Assembly (NCBI RefSeq): GCF_000196355.1
Contig: NC_007614.1
Span: 60,001 to 92,000 of the forward strand
Direction of reading: 5' to 3'
Origin: Nitrosospira multiformis ATCC 25196
GTDB lineage: Bacteria; Pseudomonadota; Gammaproteobacteria; Burkholderiales; Nitrosomonadaceae
Length of the DNA: 32,000 bases
Under the pieces are notes generated by a model that was not told where the DNA came from, made no database searches, and saw only the letters and a program-made list of their open reading frames with translations. Within the stretch, counting starts at the first letter, position 1. Each line of letters starts with the position of its first letter. Shown one piece after another: positions 7,336 to 13,642 of this stretch. Made by a program: the position numbers and the translations under genes.

Positions 7336-7607
7336 GAGCCACCTGCCTTCTGCTGCTCAGCGTCATGCTCATCCAGCAGCGCGCTAGCCTTTTCGATTTG
7401 CTTTATCAGGTTTTGAAGCGTGTAGATAAAACCATATGCCTCCGGGGCGGATAACTCGAGCCTGCTCTCGAGCTCTGCTCTATTGGAGAGCGCTCCGCTC
7501 AGGAACTCAGCCACGTAGGTGGCCTCGCAGAGCATGTCCTGTGCTTCAATGAGTTTGTTGGTGGTAGACGCTTGAAGCGCTACTACTTGTGCGTTTTGCC
7601 TAGCCAT
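7332..7607 (-). CDS. hypothetical protein (91 aa)
   Basis: ORF overlapping both neighbours (operon coupling). No family recognised. Confidence 0.5.
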   Translation of the reverse strand: MARQNAQVVALQASTTNKLIEAQDMLCEATYVAEFLSGALSNRAELESRLELSAPEAYGFIYTLQNLIKQIEKASALLDEHDAEQQKAGGS

Positions 7608-8031
7608 GTTGCACCTCCTTTGAGGTCAACGTAGGAGCACTTTCAGAATCCCTGTCATAGGGCGTAGCTCCAGCTCGAAGTGCACGAAGTCCCACAATGG
7701 CAACGGCAGCCAGGGCTTTTGAGAACCCGCATTCAATCCCCCATCCGGTTGATTTCCAACCGACGTCATTAAAAACGTACTCCAGGGCTAAGCAGGCCTC
7801 GTATTCGTCAACTTCGGCGAGCGCGACAATTTCTGCGAAATATTGCAACCCGATATCAACACCCTCGTGCCAGTACCCTTCTGGATCGTGGGGGACACGC
7901 CAAATGCGCAGAAGATCGTGTTCATCCGGGGCCGCGAAAGAAAGGTCGCTGCGGGACCGGATTGATTTGGCAGGGAGAGGTTGAACAGCTTTGAGATGTG
8001 GCGCGGACGCACCCTTGAATGCCTTAGGCAT
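7600..8031 (-). CDS. hypothetical protein (143 aa); first gene of the replication operon
   Basis: I trimmed the ORF from the track start at 8271 to the ATG at 8031, which is preceded by AAGGAG (8044-8039). The upstream 80 codons span a terminator and hairpins. Confidence 0.55.
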   Translation of the reverse strand: MPKAFKGASAPHLKAVQPLPAKSIRSRSDLSFAAPDEHDLLRIWRVPHDPEGYWHEGVDIGLQYFAEIVALAEVDEYEACLALEYVFNDVGWKSTGWGIECGFSKALAAVAIVGLRALRAGATPYDRDSESAPTLTSKEVQHG

Positions 8032-8038
8032 AGCAAGA

Positions 8039-8127
8039 CTCCTTTGTAAGCGGTTGATGTTCTCCGCTTCCCCGACGCCAATCGGGTGGGCGGAATCGTG
8101 CGAGTTGGCGTACCGGACAAAGGAACC
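8039..8127 (-). promoter_or_regulatory. structured 5' leader with SD-proximal motif copy (D) and antisense copy (M)
   Basis: Read in the RNA sense, M is GGUUCCUUUGUCCGGUACGCCAACUCG (8127-8101). D is a hairpin CCCGA-UUGGCG-UCGGG (8086-8071), then a hairpin at 8069-8048, then ACAAAGGAG (8047-8039), which contains the SD. Confidence 0.5.
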
Positions 8128-8190
8128 GGCGAGCCCGAAGGCTCCCCACACGACCCGCCCGTAAAAAGGGCTTGCCGTACAACGGACGTA

Positions 8191-8216
8191 AAATAAAAAA
8201 ACCGCCAAGAGGCGGT
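8191..8216 (-). terminator. rho-independent terminator (conditional?)
   Basis: The minus-strand stem is ACCGCC-UCUU-GGCGGU (8216-8201), followed by U8 (8200-8193). An upstream AGGCGG (8227-8222) can pair with the same CCGCCU instead. Confidence 0.7.
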
Positions 8217-8269
8217 TGTGTCCGCCTTTGTACCGAGACGCCAATCTCGACCACTGAATTTGCAGTGGC
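8191..8269 (-). ncRNA. candidate ~78-nt terminated leader transcript / small RNA
   Basis: It lies between a sigma70-like promoter and an intrinsic terminator. It contains hairpins CCACUG-CAAAUU-CAGUGG (8268-8251) and CGAGA-UUGGCG-UCUCG (8249-8234), followed by ACAAAGG. Confidence 0.4.
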
Positions 8270-8275
8270 AAGCAA

Positions 8276-8305
8276 AGGATAAGCCCGAGCGAATGCGAAT
8301 GTCAA
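8276..8305 (-). promoter_or_regulatory. sigma70-like promoter of the leader/replication operon
   Basis: On the minus strand there is TTGACA (8305-8300), an 18-nt spacer, and TATCCT (8281-8276). Confidence 0.45.
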
Positions 8306-8318
8306 GGGCTGGCAGGGG

Positions 8319-8552
8319 CTAATCACCATTGCCAGCACCTTTCAAGATGCGACGTTCTTCAGCCCGCTCATCCAAATGAGCCAACAAGGCTATTCCGACA
8401 ACAAGTACGGGATGCTTTTTGATTATTTCCTCTGGTGATTCCCGTAGGCCAAGCTCGCCAGCTATGACCTGTGCTGCCTCCCAAAGCTGGTTGCTGGCAT
8501 ACTCAAGACCATCAGCCCGCAGCTTGTTGTAATCGATCTCAGGGCCGCTCAT
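8319..8552 (-). CDS. hypothetical protein (77 aa)
   Basis: ORF with an ATGA overlap with alpA. No family recognised. Confidence 0.5.
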   Translation of the reverse strand: MSGPEIDYNKLRADGLEYASNQLWEAAQVIAGELGLRESPEEIIKKHPVLVVGIALLAHLDERAEERRILKGAGNGD

Positions 8553-8803
8553 TGTGCTGTCCCTTGCAGCGAAGCCAGTACTTTTCTGAGTTTGCCAACG
8601 TTCCAGAATGTCATCCTGCCCAGCTTGGTGGGCTGCGGGAGAGTGCCGTCATTCACGCGCCGCCAGACCGTGGCATCGGAGCAGTTGAGAAGCCCCTTTA
8701 AAACTGGCTGGCGAACGTTGGCAGAATCGGGGAGTGAATCGAAGTGCTTGAGGGCATCAGGAATAACGTCTTCCTGCTTTACCCTTTTGCTCTGTTGAGG
8801 CAT
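8549..8803 (-). CDS. alpA: AlpA-family transcriptional regulator / excisionase-type HTH
   Basis: 84 aa. The segment LLNCSDATVWRRVNDGTLPQPTKLGRMTFWNVGKL matches the AlpA/MerR-type phage regulator pattern. Confidence 0.8.
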   Translation of the reverse strand: MPQQSKRVKQEDVIPDALKHFDSLPDSANVRQPVLKGLLNCSDATVWRRVNDGTLPQPTKLGRMTFWNVGKLRKVLASLQGTAQ

Positions 8804-8809
8804 GGTAGG

Positions 8810-8845
8810 TTTCTCCTTGATATGTTCTGAATGAACAAGGAGAAA
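8810..8845 (-). promoter_or_regulatory. SD-sequestering hairpin in the alpA 5' UTR
   Basis: A perfect 10-bp inverted repeat TTTCTCCTTG / CAAGGAGAAA (8810-8819 / 8836-8845) has a 16-nt loop. In the mRNA the 3' arm carries the AAGGAG SD, 9 nt from the ATG. Confidence 0.5.
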
Positions 8846-8915
8846 TCTACCGGCTTGGGATAGAGCTTTGTCCGATCGGTTTAATTTAAAGCCGATTCGG
8901 TTTTGATACGAGGAC

Positions 8916-9539
8916 TTATGCGCCTTTGAAGGGAATTCTTGTTGCTGCTTCTCTCAGGTATGCGAGTACCGTTTCCTCACTGATTTTAATGCCAACTATT
9001 TCAAGATCCCGCTTGATCACCCCGGGTACGGCACTCTTCTTTGCTTCGGGATCGTACTTATACTTTTTTACTGCTATCCCAAGCACTATTTTTAACAAGC
9101 TCGTTCTCGCACTGTCTGGAAGATTATCTTGCTGGCCTGTATCGTTTACCGTAAATATTGACAAAAGCTTGCGTTCTTCCTCCGAAATGCATTCCACATA
9201 GCTTTTTATGAAATGAGGTAAATCAGCTTCCAGAACGGCAAGTCTTTCTTTCATCGATTCCCGTAATCCTTCCTCTTCAGTATGTTGAATTTTCCAAGCA
9301 GCAAACCCACATAATCCTAACTTCCACAGCACACTTGCAGCCCTGCGCTGCCTGGTGGTCATGTTTATGTGCTCGGGTTCAGAGGACAGGTTCAATTTCT
9401 TGCCAATCTTGCAGTCAATTTCGCTGATGGTCACTTTATTGGTGTTGTATAAATTTGGCGGTATAAAATCAGCCAGATCTCGTCGCGCCATTTCTCGCAC
9501 TTCCAACATATCCCAACTTTTCTTATCCCAGCTGCTCAT
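8916..9539 (-). CDS. hypothetical protein (207 aa), AT-rich cargo or regulator
   Basis: Long ORF between int and alpA. It looks AT-richer than its neighbours by eye. No family recognised. Confidence 0.55.
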   Translation of the reverse strand: MSSWDKKSWDMLEVREMARRDLADFIPPNLYNTNKVTISEIDCKIGKKLNLSSEPEHINMTTRQRRAASVLWKLGLCGFAAWKIQHTEEEGLRESMKERLAVLEADLPHFIKSYVECISEEERKLLSIFTVNDTGQQDNLPDSARTSLLKIVLGIAVKKYKYDPEAKKSAVPGVIKRDLEIVGIKISEETVLAYLREAATRIPFKGA

Positions 9540-9639
9540 TTCCCACTTCCTTCCAAGCGTATCCCTTCAAATTGGTTGCCACCCCAGGCGGTGAAGGTTT
9601 CCGTTTTTCTCCTGGCCTGGATAGGGGTGGCTTAACAGT

Positions 9640-10902
9640 TTATTGTTTTGTTGCTACGGCACGCCTGATCGGCACAACCTTATCAGCCTCGCCCCGCTCG
9701 ATCTGGAGCAACAGTCCCGCCCAGGCCTCCAGTGCCGCCTTGCGTTCTTCAAAGTAGTCGTGCCGGTTATAGATGCCCTCGATCCCCTTGATCTTGTGAT
9801 TCAGGCAACGCTCGGCAATGTGAGGGGCAACGCCCAGGGCTTCGAAATGCGTACGCGCAGTACGGCGTAGATCATGGATAGTGAAGGGTTCCAGGCCGTG
9901 CTTGATCTTTGCCAGAGCCACGCTCAGCGTGCTTTCCGCAATATGTGGAATCATCCGATCCTGCATCTTGCGAGCCGGCAACACCCACTTGCTAACACCC
10001 GCCAGGCGCTGCAACTCGCGCAGCCACTCTACTGCAATCGGAGGCAAGGGTATGTCAATGGCAGATTCGGTTTTCGTGCGTTCGGCAGGCAGATACCAGA
10101 CAGCTTTATCCAGGTCGAACTCAGACCACCTGGCGCCGATCAGCTCACCCTTTCGCACCGCAAGCAGTAATAGCAGTTTGATGCTCAAGCCGTTCTCCAC
10201 ACTGAAACCAGGTGCTTGCCGCATTGCTTCAAAGAGCGTGACCAGCTCCTCGCTGGTCAACCAGCGCGTCCGGCTTTTCTCCTTGCCGCCAGCGTCACCT
10301 GGATCAAATGCAGCCGCGGGATTGTATTCGATGATGTGGCGCTTGATAGCATAGTTGAACATGCGCTTAAGCCAGCGCAGTGTATCGTTCGCTATGGAAG
10401 GCGCACCCCGTTTCATTACAGCCTTGAGCACATCATCAATATGCCTGGGCTTTACATCCTCAACCTTCAAGCTGCCAATCGCGGGCTTGATGTCTTTCTC
10501 GATCCTGGATCGTACGATGTTTGGGTGCTTCCATCGCCCTGCAATCATCCTTTCAAAATATTCGTCGGCCAGCTGCGCCACGGTGTACGCATTCTTCTCC
10601 GCTTCTATCCTGGCAATGGCTTCGCCCTTGCGCTGCTGTTTTTCTCCGGCCACGTCGTAGCCCAAAGCAACGCGAGCGGACAGCTTCTTGGCTTCATCCC
10701 TGGCATCCGCCAGGGATAGCGTACCGTAACTGCCAATATTCATAACGCGGCGCTTGCCACAAAAACGGTATCTGAAACGCCAGATAGGAATGGCATAACC
10801 TTCACGAAAACTCAGATATAGGCCACCACCTACAGCACGGCCTTCAAACCGTTCGCCCGCCTTGATCCAGTTGCGGATCTCCATGTCTGTTAGCTTAGCC
10901 AT
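9640..10902 (-). CDS. int: tyrosine-type site-specific integrase (P4/CP4-57 type, DUF4102 N-terminus)
   Basis: 420 aa. The N-terminal LTDMEIRNWIKAGERF...GGLYLSF is typical of the family, and the C-terminal catalytic pattern HDLRRTART...LNH...GIYNRHDY is present. Confidence 0.92.
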   Translation of the reverse strand: MAKLTDMEIRNWIKAGERFEGRAVGGGLYLSFREGYAIPIWRFRYRFCGKRRVMNIGSYGTLSLADARDEAKKLSARVALGYDVAGEKQQRKGEAIARIEAEKNAYTVAQLADEYFERMIAGRWKHPNIVRSRIEKDIKPAIGSLKVEDVKPRHIDDVLKAVMKRGAPSIANDTLRWLKRMFNYAIKRHIIEYNPAAAFDPGDAGGKEKSRTRWLTSEELVTLFEAMRQAPGFSVENGLSIKLLLLLAVRKGELIGARWSEFDLDKAVWYLPAERTKTESAIDIPLPPIAVEWLRELQRLAGVSKWVLPARKMQDRMIPHIAESTLSVALAKIKHGLEPFTIHDLRRTARTHFEALGVAPHIAERCLNHKIKGIEGIYNRHDYFEERKAALEAWAGLLLQIERGEADKVVPIRRAVATKQ

Positions 10903-10935
10903 CTCTACTCACTGTTCAGGATTTAAGTTTTTTTA

Positions 10936-11035
10936 GGGGTACCCGGCATATCACGTAAACCCGCCTGTATCGGGCTTCTCGCTGGGTACACGTAAAAACC
11001 TGATAATTTCAGCGTATGTACCCTTATATGTACCC
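10936..11035 (+). repeat. four KGTACMC motifs (10938 GGTACCC, 10985 GGTACAC, 11017 TGTACCC, 11029 TGTACCC); candidate arm-type sites at the int-proximal end
   Basis: All are in the same orientation as the two left-end copies. CACGTAAA is also repeated (10952, 10989). Confidence 0.4.
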
Positions 11036-11078
11036 GGAAATATTGCGCTTTCCGGAAATGAATTGCAATGAACTGAAA

Positions 11079-11105
11079 TGAAAAAAGCCGCATGAATAGC
11101 GGCTT
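11079..11105 (-). terminator. rho-independent terminator of yicC
   Basis: The minus-strand stem AAGCCGC-UAUUCAU-GCGGCUU (11105-11085) is followed by UUUUUC. Confidence 0.7.
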
Positions 11106-11154
11106 TGAGGAAGTTATGAGGAAAATTTGAGACTGCCTGAGTCTCTGTGAAATA

Positions 11155-12048
11155 TCACTCAATGTTTTGCACCTGTTCCCGCATTTGCTCGATCAAAACC
11201 TTGAGTTCCACCGAAATTTTCGACACTTCCGCATCCACCGATTTCGCGCCGATGGTATTGGCTTCCCGGTTGAGTTCCTGCATCAAAAAATCCAGTCGCT
11301 TGCCGATCGCTCCGCCTTTCTCCAGAACGCGCTCCACTTCATCGAAGTGTGCCTGAAGGCGCGACAGTTCCTCATCCACATCGATCTTGCTGGCGAACAA
11401 TGTCAATTCCTGGCGGATGCGCTCGTCGTCGCAATTTATCATGGCTTCACGCAGTCTAGCCTTGAGCTTTTCCTGAAATGTCGCCAGCAAGGCAGGAATG
11501 GATGGACTGACTTCGGATGCGAGCCGGCGCATATTGCCCAGGCGGTCCAGCAAAATAGCTTTAAGTTTTGCACCTTCGCGCCCACGGGCAGCGGCCAGTT
11601 CGTCCACTGCCGCATGCATCAAGTCCATGCATGGCCCGAAAAAGTTCTCGGCGGAGGAGGATTCCGTCGCCAATATTCCGGGCCAACGAAGGACATCTGC
11701 CACCGCCAGGCCCCGAGCCTCGGGCAATACCGCCCTGACGGTACGGTCCAGTTCCAGCAGTTTTTGCAACAAATCCGCATTAATATGCTGCAAATCTTCC
11801 GCAGGTGTAATCCGGGAAAAACTGACGCGGCATTCGATTTTTCCACGCTTGAGGCGGGTGGTCAGAAATTCGCGCATTGCGGTTTCCAGCATGCGGAATT
11901 CGTCGGGAAGGCGAAACTGGATATCGAGATAACGGCTGTTGACCGAGCGAAGCTCGAGATTCAACGATCCTTGCGGGAGTTCCTTCGCGACTACGGCATA
12001 GCCGGTCATGCTGTAGATCTTGGCTAACTTGTCCACTCGATCATCCAC
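11155..12048 (-). CDS. yicC: YicC/YloC-family stress-induced protein (endoribonuclease)
   Basis: It has the SMTGYA N-terminus and the C-terminal LIEQMREQVQNIE typical of YicC. The start is uncertain (GTG at 12048 or ATG at 12009). Confidence 0.88.
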   Translation of the reverse strand: MDDRVDKLAKIYSMTGYAVVAKELPQGSLNLELRSVNSRYLDIQFRLPDEFRMLETAMREFLTTRLKRGKIECRVSFSRITPAEDLQHINADLLQKLLELDRTVRAVLPEARGLAVADVLRWPGILATESSSAENFFGPCMDLMHAAVDELAAARGREGAKLKAILLDRLGNMRRLASEVSPSIPALLATFQEKLKARLREAMINCDDERIRQELTLFASKIDVDEELSRLQAHFDEVERVLEKGGAIGKRLDFLMQELNREANTIGAKSVDAEVSKISVELKVLIEQMREQVQNIE

Positions 12049-12219
12049 TCGAAGGTCCTTGATGCGTTAAAATTGTGGGCCCAGGCATTATCGCATATCG
12101 TTGCTGCATATAAAGGAAACGAGTTGGTGTTTCCGTGCAGTGGAAAAGCGGTATGCATCGTTCGTCTTATCCGGTGATATATCACCGATCAGTTAATAGT
12201 GAAGGATATAGTACAACTT

Positions 12220-12936
12220 ATGCGTCCCAGTAAACGCCGCCCGGATCAACTTCGCTCCGTTCAGATTACCCGGCATTACACCCGCCACGCGGAAGGTTCA
12301 GTGCTGATCGAATGTGGGGATACCCGCATAATCTGTACTGCGAGCGTGGATGAGAAAGTACCCCTTTTTCTACGGGGCAAGGGACAGGGTTGGCTCACGG
12401 CAGAATACGGGATGTTGCCGCGTTCCACTAATGAACGTATGCAGCGCGAAGCCGCCAAAGGCAAACAGTCCGGCAGGACGATGGAAATTCAGCGGCTGAT
12501 CGGGCGCGCTTTGCGTTCGGTAATGGATTTGACAAAGCTGGGCGAGCGAACCATTCAGGTGGATTGCGATGTGATCCAGGCTGATGGAGGTACTCGCACG
12601 GCGAGCATCACGGGTGCATTTGTAGCAGTGCATGATGCGATAGGAACGCTGCTGCGCAAGCAGGCGATAGAGGCCACGCCGATCACCGGGCACGTTGCCG
12701 CGGTTTCAGTGGGCGTCTACGAAGGCGTGCCGATGCTGGACCTCGATTATCTGGAAGATTCGCGCTGCGATACAGACATGAACATCGTCATGACGGACGA
12801 CCTTGGTCTGGTGGAAATGCAGGGGACGGCCGAAGGCATGCCTTTCAGCCGGAACGATTTGGATATGATGCTGGACCTGGCGCAACAGGGAATACGGGAA
12901 CTGATCGCAGCTCAGAAAAACGCATTGAACAGATAA
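12220..12936 (+). CDS. rph: ribonuclease PH
   Basis: [35 protein letters not shown]... is the canonical RNase PH N-terminus. I trimmed the start from the track position at 12199. Confidence 0.93.
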   Translation: MRPSKRRPDQLRSVQITRHYTRHAEGSVLIECGDTRIICTASVDEKVPLFLRGKGQGWLTAEYGMLPRSTNERMQREAAKGKQSGRTMEIQRLIGRALRSVMDLTKLGERTIQVDCDVIQADGGTRTASITGAFVAVHDAIGTLLRKQAIEATPITGHVAAVSVGVYEGVPMLDLDYLEDSRCDTDMNIVMTDDLGLVEMQGTAEGMPFSRNDLDMMLDLAQQGIRELIAAQKNALNR

Positions 12937-12944
12937 AGCCGGAT

Positions 12945-13538
12945 ATGCAAAAATTGGTCATTGCCAGCAATAATGCCGGCAAACTGCGAGAAATTCGCCT
13001 CTTGCTGGAACCTCTGGGAATCGAGGTGCTGCCCCAGTCGGCTTTCGATTTTCCCGAAGCTGAGGAACCTCATTGCACTTTCGTTGAGAATGCGCTTGCC
13101 AAGGCACGCCATGCCAGCAAAAATACCGGGTTGCCGGCACTCGCCGATGATTCCGGCATTTGTGTCAATATCCTTGGCGGAAAGCCCGGTATCTTATCTG
13201 CGCGTTATGCGGGAGAACCGAAATCGGATGAACGCAACAACCAGAGGCTGGTCGAGGCGCTGCAAAACCAGAGTGATCGCCGGGCGTACTATTACTGCGT
13301 CATAGCGCTGCTACGGCATCCCGAAGATCCGCGACCCATTATTGCCGACGGAAGCTGGCATGGAGAAATTTTGCTGAATCCCCGTGGGAATGGCGGCTTC
13401 GGTTACGATCCCTATTTTTTTCTGGCAAACCTCGACAAAACAGCCGCAGAACTGCCGATGGAGCAAAAAAACCGGATCAGCCACCGGGGAAAAGCACTCG
13501 CCCAACTCGTCGAGAGGATCAGGCAGGAACAACCCTGA
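12945..13538 (+). CDS. rdgB: dITP/XTP pyrophosphatase (RdgB/HAM1)
   Basis: It carries the motifs VIASNNAGKLREI and ...FGYDPYF, and it follows rph as in many proteobacteria. Confidence 0.92.
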   Translation: MQKLVIASNNAGKLREIRLLLEPLGIEVLPQSAFDFPEAEEPHCTFVENALAKARHASKNTGLPALADDSGICVNILGGKPGILSARYAGEPKSDERNNQRLVEALQNQSDRRAYYYCVIALLRHPEDPRPIIADGSWHGEILLNPRGNGGFGYDPYFFLANLDKTAAELPMEQKNRISHRGKALAQLVERIRQEQP

Positions 13539-13642
13539 TTTGACCGCTTGCTACCGCCTACTCAGCGTTCCGAGCAGAAGAGAAAGACAATTCCAATCAT
13601 TGCTGAAACAATGGTTCCTTTTGCTTGTCTCTTCAATTCATC

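Larger units (their letters stand above)
626..11078 (-). mobile_element. integrated phage-satellite-like genomic island (PICI/P4-like); boundaries approximate
   Basis: A tyrosine integrase sits at the right end. The island also has AlpA, a primase Zn-ribbon protein plus DUF3987 helicase, an iteron origin and an S49 protease, all on one strand. It lies between the conserved genes trxC and yicC. KGTACMC repeats cluster just inside both ends. A possible imperfect core ATTGCA..TGAACT..GAA occurs at 626-643 and 11062-11078. Confidence 0.6.

Noticed and set aside
7600-8271. Full 223-aa version of the ORF upstream of the replication genes
   Set aside because: Its first 80 codons run through an intrinsic terminator, several hairpins and the leader motifs. 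An internal ATG at 8031 has a consensus AAGGAG SD, so I trimmed the ORF to 143 aa.
11167-11175. Exact 9-mer TTGCACCTG shared with 627-635 as an att core inside the yicC 3' end
   Set aside because: A 9-mer match between two regions of about 280 bp is expected by chance about 0.3 times. It would also require the conserved YicC C-terminus (QVQNIE*) to be island-supplied, while the leftover at 534-635 encodes an unrelated tail. I keep it only as an unresolved alternative.
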